From the NCBI GenBank assembly GCA_023382455.1, contig JAHDVX010000011.1, positions 6,709 through 70,708 on the forward strand: 64,000 bases of DNA, given 5' to 3'. The DNA is from Flavobacteriales bacterium (GTDB lineage: Bacteria; Bacteroidota; Bacteroidia; Flavobacteriales_F; PHOS-HE28). The position numbers were made by a program, and so were the translations under genes. This document shows positions 18,786 to 27,099 of this stretch, piece by piece (the stretch's first letter is position 1; each line of letters opens with the position of its first letter). The notes beneath the pieces are model-generated. The model was given only the letters and a program-made list of their open reading frames with translations. It searched no databases and was not told the origin of the DNA.

Positions 18786-21290
18786 TCAGAAATTGACGAA
18801 GAGCTTCAAACGTAAGGCGAACGGCAAGGTGTTCGGGTGATCGTTGTAGCGCAGGCGCCACACGCCGTCCACGCGCAGCACCTTCAGGATGTTCTCCACC
18901 CCGGCGGCCACCTCCAGGAAGGGCCCGTGGTCCAGGGCGTACATGCCCGGCAACAGCAGCAGCTCGCGTTCGGTCCGCGCCTTGTCCAATTCACCGGCCA
19001 CGGCCTTGAAGGTGAGCACCTCCCGCCATTTCAGCCGGCGCATCAAGGGAATGCGGTTGAGGAACAAGCCCTCGAAGTGGTGCTCCAGGAACAGCTGCGC
19101 ATAGCGGTCGCTGATGAACTCGAAATAGTTCATCGTGTTGAATGCGAGGTCGTCGTAGTAGAAGGTCTCGTTGCCGCTGTGCAGGATCAGCAAGGGGAAG
19201 GGCAGGTCGCCCCAGACGCGGCCCGCCTCGGCATTGACGCGCATCCAGCCGAAGGCACCGAGCTGCAGGCGCTGGTAGAGGTGGGCCACGGCCTTGGTGT
19301 AGCCGTACTCGCTCTGGGCCATGCTGGGCAGCCCCGTGGCCAGGTGCAGCTCCACCGTGGGGTAGCGGGTGCCCAGGCTCACCCGGGCGAAATCGCCGCT
19401 GACGTACTTCTCCCGGTAGGCGAAGCGCGTGTTGAGCGCGATCTCGGCCGTTTGTATCGAATTGAGCACGGTGGACGGTTCCCCTCCGGCGGCCGGGCGC
19501 TCGTAGCGCAGGTCACCCAAGGGTTGGAGCGTGCGGTAGCGCAACATCAACGTATTGTCCAGGCCGGTGAACCATTCGCGGTGGTAGCTGGCCTTAGTCT
19601 CCTCCACCAAGGTGAGCTTGGTGTTGGGCGTGCGCCGGAACACGCTGCTGAGGATGTTGTCCTGCCGGAAGGCGTTCACGCTTTCGCCGAGTTGCTCCAG
19701 GTCCTGCTTGTAGCCCAGCTCCACGATCTGCCGCGACTGCTTGCTCACGAAGGTCTTGCCGCCCAGGCCGAACTTGAAGCGGCCGTCGCGCGTGCCGTAG
19801 GCCAGGTAGCCGTTGAGCTCGCTGCGCTTGCTGAAATTGCTGCTGGTGCGGCCGCCGATGCGGAATCGGTTGCCTTCCACCGGATTGAAGCTGTACGTGG
19901 TGAAGTAGGGCCCGAGGTCGACCTTTCCCTTGGTGTAGTAGCCGGTGACCACGGTGGTGACGATATCCACGTAGGTGCGGAACCGGGGAATGGTCTTCAT
20001 GGTGTCCACCATGTGGTAGATGGTGGCTTCCTGGCTGCTCAGGTTCTCGTGTCGGTTCTCGTCCCAGTAGGCGGCACCTTCGCTCAGCGGGTCGATGTCC
20101 ATCACCACCTCGTCCGCCCCCGCATAGAACCCGGGCTCCTTGGGCTTGTTGATCACGAAATTGCGGTAGCTGGCCGTGCGCCTGCCGTAGAAGCCCTGCA
20201 CAGGGTGCTTGGGGTCCTTACCGTGGTCGTTCACGATATTCAGGTCCACCATCAGCCGGTCCTTCACCAGCATCCACACTTCGGGTTCCACCTCTGCATA
20301 TTCCTGTTCCACCTTGAACCCTTGGACGAAGTTGAGGTTGGCGCCGGTGGCGATGGTGGCCTCGATGTGCTTCACGGCATAGCTGGTGTCGTTCACCCAC
20401 ATCGTGCCGGTGAAGGCCAGCTCCTGCACGCGCTTGGGCTGGAAGGAGATCTGGTAGCACCAGTTGTTGCCCACCCAATTGCTGTCCAGCAGGTAGTAGT
20501 GGTAGTACGCACGCCCCCCGTCGGCGATGGGGCTCACGAAGTTCTTCCCGAAGCTCACCAGGAAGTTGTCGTAGATGTTCACGTTCTGGTACATGTCCCC
20601 CATGAACTGGGAGATGCTGGTGTTCTCCAGGCCGCTCACCTTGGTGCCGCGGACCACCTCGCGCCGTGTTCTGGGCTGTTGGCGGTAGTACACCTCGCTC
20701 AGGGTCTCGGTCATGAAGATGGGCAGGAAGGCCTTGCCGCCCGTGGTGTCCACGTGGTCGAAGATGAAGGCGAAGTCCTTGAAGAGCTTCTTCTGCTTGA
20801 AGTCCTCCGTGATGTTGTTCAGGTCGAACTCCACCTTGTTGTAGGCCTCGTACTCGTACGCCGCCAGCTTCTCGCGGTTGTTCACCGGCTTGTTGGCCAC
20901 CAACCTGCGCAGGATGGGGAAGGCCGGGTTGCCGGTGTAGGTGATCACCACGTTCTCCAACTGGGCGGTCATCGGCTTCAGCCGGATGTCGATCACCTGT
21001 TGGGCATCGCGCTTCACTTTGACCTGGAAGGGTTCGTACCCCACGCTCACGGCGCGGATGCTGTCCGTGGCGTAATACGTATCCAGCACGTAGTGGCCGT
21101 CGAAGTCGGAGTTGGTGGAGACGCGGCTATCGATGAAGCTGATGTTGGCGAAGGGGATGGCCTCCCCGGTGGAGGCATCGGTCACCGTGCCCGTGATCCG
21201 CGTGGTCTGGGCTGTGGCCGGGCCGCTCCAGCAGCACACGCACAGGATCGCGAGGGCCGGCCAACGGGCTATCGCCGGATGCTTCCTCAT
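18786..21290 (-). CDS. CarboxypepD_reg + DUF5686 family outer-membrane protein
   Basis: Signal peptide followed by a carboxypeptidase-regulatory-like domain (ITGTVTDASTGEAIPFANISF), then a large beta-rich domain. Position immediately upstream of lptB is typical in Bacteroidota. Confidence 0.7.
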   Translation of the reverse strand: MRKHPAIARWPALAILCVCCWSGPATAQTTRITGTVTDASTGEAIPFANISFIDSRVSTNSDFDGHYVLDTYYATDSIRAVSVGYEPFQVKVKRDAQQVIDIRLKPMTAQLENVVITYTGNPAFPILRRLVANKPVNNREKLAAYEYEAYNKVEFDLNNITEDFKQKKLFKDFAFIFDHVDTTGGKAFLPIFMTETLSEVYYRQQPRTRREVVRGTKVSGLENTSISQFMGDMYQNVNIYDNFLVSFGKNFVSPIADGGRAYYHYYLLDSNWVGNNWCYQISFQPKRVQELAFTGTMWVNDTSYAVKHIEATIATGANLNFVQGFKVEQEYAEVEPEVWMLVKDRLMVDLNIVNDHGKDPKHPVQGFYGRRTASYRNFVINKPKEPGFYAGADEVVMDIDPLSEGAAYWDENRHENLSSQEATIYHMVDTMKTIPRFRTYVDIVTTVVTGYYTKGKVDLGPYFTTYSFNPVEGNRFRIGGRTSSNFSKRSELNGYLAYGTRDGRFKFGLGGKTFVSKQSRQIVELGYKQDLEQLGESVNAFRQDNILSSVFRRTPNTKLTLVEETKASYHREWFTGLDNTLMLRYRTLQPLGDLRYERPAAGGEPSTVLNSIQTAEIALNTRFAYREKYVSGDFARVSLGTRYPTVELHLATGLPSMAQSEYGYTKAVAHLYQRLQLGAFGWMRVNAEAGRVWGDLPFPLLILHSGNETFYYDDLAFNTMNYFEFISDRYAQLFLEHHFEGLFLNRIPLMRRLKWREVLTFKAVAGELDKARTERELLLLPGMYALDHGPFLEVAAGVENILKVLRVDGVWRLRYNDHPNTLPFALRLKLFVNF

Positions 21291-22114
21291 GCCTGTGCGG
21301 CTTTGGCCTGCGCCCGTTGGTAGGCCCGATCAGTCCTGGCCGCCAACAGGATGCTGCCCTCATACAGGAGGAACAGCGGGATGGAAACGATCAGCTGGCT
21401 GGTGACGTCCGGGGGCGTGATGATGGCCGCGATCAGGAGGATGCCCACATAGGCGTGGCGGCGGTAGGTGCGCAGGAACCCGGGCCCCACCAGGCCGGTG
21501 CGCGCCAGGAAGTACACCACCATGGGCAGTTCGAAGAGTACGCCGGTCCACAGGGTAAGCGAGGTGACGGTGCCGATGTAGCTGTTCAGGTCCACCAGGT
21601 TGGGCACCGAAGCGCTCACCGTGTAGGTGCCCAGGAACAGGATGCTCATGGGCGCCAGTACGTAATAGCCGAACAGCACGCCCAGGAGGAAAAGCGCGCT
21701 GGCGAAGAACACCACGCCCTGCACCCCCTTCCGCTCCTGCTCGGCCAAGGCGGGCTTCACGAAGCGCCAAAGCTCCCACAGCACGTACGGGAATGCGAGG
21801 ATCAGGCCCACCGTGAAGGATACCGTGAGGTGCACCATGAATTGCCCGCCCATGGCGGTGTTCATCAGGGTGAACCCGGAACTGTCCATGCAGAACGACT
21901 GGTCCAGGCCCAGGCTCAGCGCAGCCTGGCAGAAGATCCGGTAGGTGGCGAAATCCGTGCGTTGGGGCGCCAGGATCACGCGGTCGAACACCACGTCCTT
22001 GTACATGAAGGCCACCACCATGCCCACCAGGATGGCGAGGGCGGAGCGCATCAAGGTCCAGCGCAAGGCTTCCAGATGCTCCAGGAACGTCAACTCCTTC
22101 CGTGGCTCCCCCAT
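21287..22114 (-). CDS. tatC: twin-arginine translocase subunit TatC
   Basis: Motifs LTFLEHLEALRWTL, FVKPALAEQERK, IAAIITPPDVTSQ. The ATG at 22114 was verified. The longer ORF extension contains the promoter box. Confidence 0.85.
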   Translation of the reverse strand: MGEPRKELTFLEHLEALRWTLMRSALAILVGMVVAFMYKDVVFDRVILAPQRTDFATYRIFCQAALSLGLDQSFCMDSSGFTLMNTAMGGQFMVHLTVSFTVGLILAFPYVLWELWRFVKPALAEQERKGVQGVVFFASALFLLGVLFGYYVLAPMSILFLGTYTVSASVPNLVDLNSYIGTVTSLTLWTGVLFELPMVVYFLARTGLVGPGFLRTYRRHAYVGILLIAAIITPPDVTSQLIVSIPLFLLYEGSILLAARTDRAYQRAQAKAAQA

Positions 22115-22140
22115 CCGCGATCGGCCCCAGCGGGCCGCGC

Positions 22141-22148
22141 CAAATATA
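22141..22148 (-). promoter_or_regulatory. promoter box TATATTTG (tatC operon)
   Basis: Perfect TAnnTTTG, 26 nt upstream of ATG 22114. Confidence 0.5.
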
Positions 22149-22344
22149 GACGCCCCCTCCGGCCGGTACCGGCAGGTGCTGCGCCCGTGCAGGCCGATGC
22201 ACGAAACCCGCCGGGGCCCCGGATCGCTAAAAGTCCGCAAGGTTTCCAAGAGATGGCCTCCGAAGTGCCTTTTGTTTGGTCCGATCACCCTACATTTAAG
22301 CAGTTAATCCGCGCTTGCCCGTTGTGGCCGCTCCCCAGACCGAA

Positions 22345-24534
22345 ATGACCAACGTCGATATTTCACCCAAGGAAGCACTGGAACAGTTCTTCGGCTTCAC
22401 CAAGTTCAAAGGCGACCAGGAAGCCATCGTCCAAAGTGTACTGGACGGTAAGGACACCTTCGTGATCATGCCCACCGGCGGCGGCAAGAGCCTCTGCTAC
22501 CAGCTGCCGGCCCTGATGCAGGATGGCACGGCCATCGTGGTGAGCCCGCTGATCGCCCTGATGAAGAACCAGGTGGACCTGCTGCGCGGCTTCGGGGGCG
22601 AGAACGGCGTGGCTCACTTCCTCAACAGCTCGCTCACCCGTGGCGAGGCCCAGCGTGTGAAGGAGGACATCCGGGCGGGTATCACCAAGCTGCTCTACGT
22701 GGCGCCGGAATCCCTCACCAAGAAGGAGAACGTGGAATTCCTCAGCGACATCCACATCAGCTTCTTCGCCATCGATGAGGCCCACTGCATCAGCGAATGG
22801 GGCCATGACTTCCGGCCCGAGTACCGCCGCCTGCGCACCATCTTCAACGAGATCAAGCGCGTGCCCATGATCGCCCTCACGGCCACGGCCACCGAGAAGG
22901 TGCAGGAGGACATCCTCAAGAACCTCGACATCCCCGGGGCCAACGTCTTCAAAGCCTCCTTCAACCGGCCCAACCTGTACTATGAGGTGCGGCCCAAGAA
23001 GGACGTGGTGCGCGAGATCATCCGCTTCGTCAAGCAGCATGCGGGGCGCAGCGGCATCATCTACTGCCTCAGCCGCAAGAAGGTGGAGGAGATCGCCGAG
23101 GCCCTCACGGTGAACGGTATCAAGGCCCTGCCCTACCACGCCGGCATGGACGCCTCCCAGCGGGCCAGCCACCAAGACCGCTTCCTGATGGAGGACGTGG
23201 ACGTGATCGTGGCCACCATCGCATTCGGCATGGGCATCGACAAGCCGGACGTGCGCTTTGTGATCCACCACGACATCCCCAAGAGCCTGGAGAGCTACTA
23301 CCAGGAAACCGGCCGCGCCGGGCGCGACGGCGGCGAGGGCAAGTGCGTCACCTTTTACAGCTACAAGGACATCGAGAAGCTGGAGAAATTCCTCCAGGGC
23401 AAGCCCGTGGCCGAGCAGGAGATCGGCAAGCAACTGCTGGCCGACACTGTGAGCTATGCCGAGACCGGCATGTGCCGCCGCAAATACCTGCTGCACTACT
23501 TCGGCGAGGAGCTGCCCGGCGACAACTGCGGCGCCTGCGACAACTGCGTGAACCCCAAGGAATACTTCGAGGCCAAGAACGACCTCGCCTTGATGCTCAC
23601 CGCCGTCAAGGAAAGCAAGGAGCGCCACAAGGCCCGCTTCATCTGCGACCTGCTCATGGGCCAGGAAACCAGTGAGATCAAGAACTACAAGGGCGACAAG
23701 CTCAAGACCTACGGCGCCGGCAGCGACAAGGGCGACCAGCACTGGATGGCCGTGGTGCGCCAGGCCAACGTGGGCGGCTTCCTGCACAAGGACATCGAGA
23801 GCTACGGCAACCTCAGCCTCACCGCCAAGGGCAAGGAGTTCCTCAAGAAACCCGTGTCCATCACCTTCACCAAGGAACGCGACCGGGTGGACGACGATAC
23901 CCCGGACGACGATATCACGGTGAACGGCAAGGGCGGCGGCGCGGCCGACGAGCGCTTGATGCAGATGCTCAAGGACCTTCGCCAATCCGTGGCCAAGAAG
24001 GAAAAACTGGCCCCCTACGTCATCTTCCAGGACCCGTCGTTGGAGGAAATGACCGTGCGCTACCCCATCACCGTGGAGGAGCTCACCCAGATCACCGGGG
24101 TGGGCATGGGCAAGGCGCAGAAATTCGGCAAGCCCTTCATCGACCTCATCGGGAAATACGTGGAGGAGAACGAGATCGAACGCGCCGACGACACGGTGGT
24201 GCGCTCCGTGGTGAAGAAGAGCAGCAACAAGGTGCACATCATCCAGAACATCGACAAGCGGCTGGCCTTGGAATCCATTGCACGATCCAAGGGTTTGACC
24301 ATGGATGCCCTGATCGAGGAGATGGAGACCATCGTGAGCAGCGGCACCCGGCTGGACATCAACTACCACCTGGACGAAATGCTCGAGGAGGACGCGCAGG
24401 AAGAGATCATGGACTACTTCCGCAACGCCGAGTCGGACAGTATTGATGAAGCCGCCAAGGAGTTCGACGGCGACTACACCGAGGAGGAGCTGCGCCTGAT
24501 GCGCCTGCGGTTCATGAGCGAAGTGGCCAACTAG
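22345..24534 (+). CDS. recQ: ATP-dependent DNA helicase RecQ
   Basis: Motifs FGFTKFKGDQEAIV, MPTGGGKSLCYQLPA, DEAHCISEWGHDFRPEY, plus the RQC zinc motif and a C-terminal HRDC. ATG 22345 is preferred over TTG 22315. Confidence 0.95.
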   Translation: MTNVDISPKEALEQFFGFTKFKGDQEAIVQSVLDGKDTFVIMPTGGGKSLCYQLPALMQDGTAIVVSPLIALMKNQVDLLRGFGGENGVAHFLNSSLTRGEAQRVKEDIRAGITKLLYVAPESLTKKENVEFLSDIHISFFAIDEAHCISEWGHDFRPEYRRLRTIFNEIKRVPMIALTATATEKVQEDILKNLDIPGANVFKASFNRPNLYYEVRPKKDVVREIIRFVKQHAGRSGIIYCLSRKKVEEIAEALTVNGIKALPYHAGMDASQRASHQDRFLMEDVDVIVATIAFGMGIDKPDVRFVIHHDIPKSLESYYQETGRAGRDGGEGKCVTFYSYKDIEKLEKFLQGKPVAEQEIGKQLLADTVSYAETGMCRRKYLLHYFGEELPGDNCGACDNCVNPKEYFEAKNDLALMLTAVKESKERHKARFICDLLMGQETSEIKNYKGDKLKTYGAGSDKGDQHWMAVVRQANVGGFLHKDIESYGNLSLTAKGKEFLKKPVSITFTKERDRVDDDTPDDDITVNGKGGGAADERLMQMLKDLRQSVAKKEKLAPYVIFQDPSLEEMTVRYPITVEELTQITGVGMGKAQKFGKPFIDLIGKYVEENEIERADDTVVRSVVKKSSNKVHIIQNIDKRLALESIARSKGLTMDALIEEMETIVSSGTRLDINYHLDEMLEEDAQEEIMDYFRNAESDSIDEAAKEFDGDYTEEELRLMRLRFMSEVAN

Positions 24535-24577
24535 GCCGCGTGCACCGGCAGATCGCGGAGGAACCCGTGCGATGACC

Positions 24578-24746
24578 TAATACCAATTGGACATTCAAAG
24601 GCGGCCAAAGGTTACGCCGCAATTTTTTCGCAGGGCGATCCGAGGATGGCGTTGCGTAGCGGGTGCCTATGGAACGCCATCCGCGGGGAAGCCATGTGGA
24701 AAAAGGGCAAGCAAATCGGATGATTTTGGATGTCCAATTGGTATAA
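24578..24746. mobile_element. MITE-like element: 22-nt imperfect terminal inverted repeats flanking a ~125-bp structured core
   Basis: Left arm TAATACCAATTGGACATTCAAA (24578-24599) and right arm TTTGGATGTCCAATTGGTATAA (24725-24746) match at 20 of 22 positions as reverse complements. If the arms are trimmed to TACC...GGTA, TAA is present on both flanks as a possible target-site duplication. Internal perfect 10-bp stem at 24644-24653 / 24673-24682. Confidence 0.5.
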
Positions 24747-24751
24747 GTTCG
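24744..24751 (+). promoter_or_regulatory. promoter box TAAGTTCG, 4 nt before the GGGPS ATG
   Basis: TAAGTTCG-CCGC-ATG. The box begins at the TAA that flanks the MITE-like element. Confidence 0.4.
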
Positions 24752-24755
24752 CCGC

Positions 24756-25493
24756 ATGAGCGTGCTGGGGCTGTTGGAATCGGCGAAGGCGCAGGGGCGC
24801 AAGCTCTTGGCCGTGCTGATCGACCCTGACTTCGGGCAGGATGAGGCCCGCCTGCGGCAGACCGTCCAGAACGCCTGCATGGCCCGCGCCGACCTCATCT
24901 TCGTGGGGGGCAGCCTGCTCACCTCCACCGGGTTCGACCGGTGCGTGGAACTAGTGCGGCAATGGAGCGACCGGCCGGTGGTGCTCTTCCCCGGCAGCCC
25001 GGCCCAGCTGAGCCGGCACGCCGACGCGGTACTCTTCCTCAGCCTGATCAGCGGCCGCAACCCGGAACTGCTCATAGGCCATCACGTCACCGCCGCCCCC
25101 ACGGTGCGGGCCCTGGGCATCGAGGCCATCCCCACGGGATACATGCTGGTGGATGGCGGCAGGCCCACCACGGTGAGCTATGTGAGCCAAACCTCCCCCA
25201 TCCCGCACGACAAGCCCGGCATCGCCGCGGCCACGGCCTTGGCCGGTGAACTGCTCGGCCTGCGCACCATGTACATGGACACCGGAAGCGGCGCCCAACG
25301 CCACGTATCCGCAGCCATGGTGGCCGCCGTGCGGAACGTCGTGAACACACCGTTGATCGTGGGCGGCGGCATCCGAACCGCCGAACAGGCGGCTGAGCTA
25401 TGCCGGGCCGGGGCGGACCTGCTCGTGGTGGGCACCGCCATCGAGCACGAACCGGAACTGGTCTACGCCATGAGCGGGGCCGTCCACGGCTGA
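24756..25493 (+). CDS. geranylgeranylglyceryl phosphate synthase family protein (GGGPS/PcrB)
   Basis: TIM-barrel prenyltransferase pattern: DLIFVGGS, VVLFPGSP, DAVLFLSLISGRNPE, GYMLVDGG, YMDTGSG, LIVGGGIR. Confidence 0.8.
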   Translation: MSVLGLLESAKAQGRKLLAVLIDPDFGQDEARLRQTVQNACMARADLIFVGGSLLTSTGFDRCVELVRQWSDRPVVLFPGSPAQLSRHADAVLFLSLISGRNPELLIGHHVTAAPTVRALGIEAIPTGYMLVDGGRPTTVSYVSQTSPIPHDKPGIAAATALAGELLGLRTMYMDTGSGAQRHVSAAMVAAVRNVVNTPLIVGGGIRTAEQAAELCRAGADLLVVGTAIEHEPELVYAMSGAVHG

Positions 25494-25516
25494 ATCCAAA
25501 GCCGCTGAGGACTTGC

Positions 25517-27097
25517 TCAGCGCACCTTCATCATGCTGCGCACCTGCTGGAACGGGCCGTTCTGCAGGCGGCAGAAATACATGCCCGTCGGCATGGTCGA
25601 CATGTCCAGGTCCAAGGAATACATCCCGGGGACCAACTGGGCATCCACAGGTTGGGCCACCATCTGGCCCATGGCGTTCATCACCTGCAGCTGCACACGT
25701 CCGGCCACCACGCAGGAGTAGGAGACCTTGGTGCGTTCGGTGAAGGGCGATGGCGCCACGGTCAGCGTCACCTCGTTCGCGGGCAGATTGCCGATACCCA
25801 CCGTGCAGGCCTCCTGGATCACCGGAAGGCTCGGATGGCTGCCCAGCAGCACGTCCGCCACTTGCACGGAATCCAGGCAGAACCACTTCTCCAGCACCGA
25901 GGCGTACACGCTGCGGAAATCGTAGGCCATGGGCACGTTGGTCTGGCTATCGGTGTTCGGGGAGATCACCGGGTTGGACCCCAGCATGCCCGGCACCACG
26001 GAATTGCCGAAGAGGAACATCGGCGCTGCGGCACCATGGTCCGTCCCGCGCGAATTGTTGCTTCTGATACGGCGCCCGAACTCACTGAAGGTCATGCCCA
26101 GCACCCGGTCGGCAAGGCCCAGCTGCTGCAGGTCGTCCTGGAAGGCGTTGATGGCATCGCTCACGCCTTGGAGCAGGTCGGCGTGCACACCGGACAAGGG
26201 GTCGCCGTTGACCACCTGGTTGGAATGGGTGTCGAACCCGGTGGCGCTCACCCAATAGATGCGCGTGCCCAAGCCTCCACAGATCAGCCCGGCCACGATC
26301 TTCAGTGCATTGGCCAGCTCAGCACCGGGGGCCGACCCCGTGGGGTAAAGGGCGCTATGGGTGCAGCCGGTCTGGGCGGCCGCCAGGATCCGGTCGCCGT
26401 ACAGGTCCGTTTGGCGCTGAACGTCGCGGATATAGGCCAGTTTGGCCCCGCTGCAGTCGTTCGCAACGGGATCCTGGTAGATGTTGCCCGCCAGGTTCAG
26501 CGGATCGTCGGCATTATTGATGGAAATGCCCATGGACACCCCATGGTGCTGCAGGCCGAGGCCCACGCTTCCGTCCACGCGGATGGCGATCGGGTCGGGT
26601 ACGTTGGCGTTGGGGTAGCCGTTCGGGTAATCCGTGTAAACACTGTCCAAATACCGCCCGAGCCATCCGGAATGCAGGATCTGCTCACCGGAACTGCCCG
26701 ATTCCCAGATATCCGTGGACCGGAAGTGGGAAAGACTGGGGTTCGGGTAACCCACGTCCTGGATGATGGAAAGCTTCCCGCTGTCCCACAGGTTGCGGAA
26801 TCCGGTAAGGCGGGGATGCAAGGCTGTTGCCCCGTTGGTACCGGGCAGTGCCAAGGTCTGCGCCTCCGGGATCAGGATGTTCGCGCGCAGGGAGGAGAGC
26901 ACCCCGTACTGGTCCAGGGGGATCACCGTGTTCAGGCCGTCGTTGCCGCCGAAAAGCTGCACCACCACCAGGATGCGGTCGTTGGCATCGCCCGATTTGA
27001 GCGCCCGGCCCAGCACCGGGTTGGACAAGCCCCGCAAGGTGAGGCCGCCCACCGTGGCCAAGGTCGTGGTCCGAAGAAATTGCCTACGGTCCATCAT
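25517..27097 (-). CDS. DUF1501 (sulfatase-like) protein with Tat signal and T9SS C-terminal sorting domain
   Basis: N-terminus MMDRRQFLRTTTLATVGGLTL (twin-arginine). DUF1501 core (VVVQLFGGNDGLNTVIP, GTDHGAA). C-terminal ~80 aa fit a type-A T9SS CTD (APSPF, VQLQVMNAMGQMV, TGMYFCRL, MMKVR). Confidence 0.8.
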   Translation of the reverse strand: MMDRRQFLRTTTLATVGGLTLRGLSNPVLGRALKSGDANDRILVVVQLFGGNDGLNTVIPLDQYGVLSSLRANILIPEAQTLALPGTNGATALHPRLTGFRNLWDSGKLSIIQDVGYPNPSLSHFRSTDIWESGSSGEQILHSGWLGRYLDSVYTDYPNGYPNANVPDPIAIRVDGSVGLGLQHHGVSMGISINNADDPLNLAGNIYQDPVANDCSGAKLAYIRDVQRQTDLYGDRILAAAQTGCTHSALYPTGSAPGAELANALKIVAGLICGGLGTRIYWVSATGFDTHSNQVVNGDPLSGVHADLLQGVSDAINAFQDDLQQLGLADRVLGMTFSEFGRRIRSNNSRGTDHGAAAPMFLFGNSVVPGMLGSNPVISPNTDSQTNVPMAYDFRSVYASVLEKWFCLDSVQVADVLLGSHPSLPVIQEACTVGIGNLPANEVTLTVAPSPFTERTKVSYSCVVAGRVQLQVMNAMGQMVAQPVDAQLVPGMYSLDLDMSTMPTGMYFCRLQNGPFQQVRSMMKVR

Positions 27098-27099
27098 GG

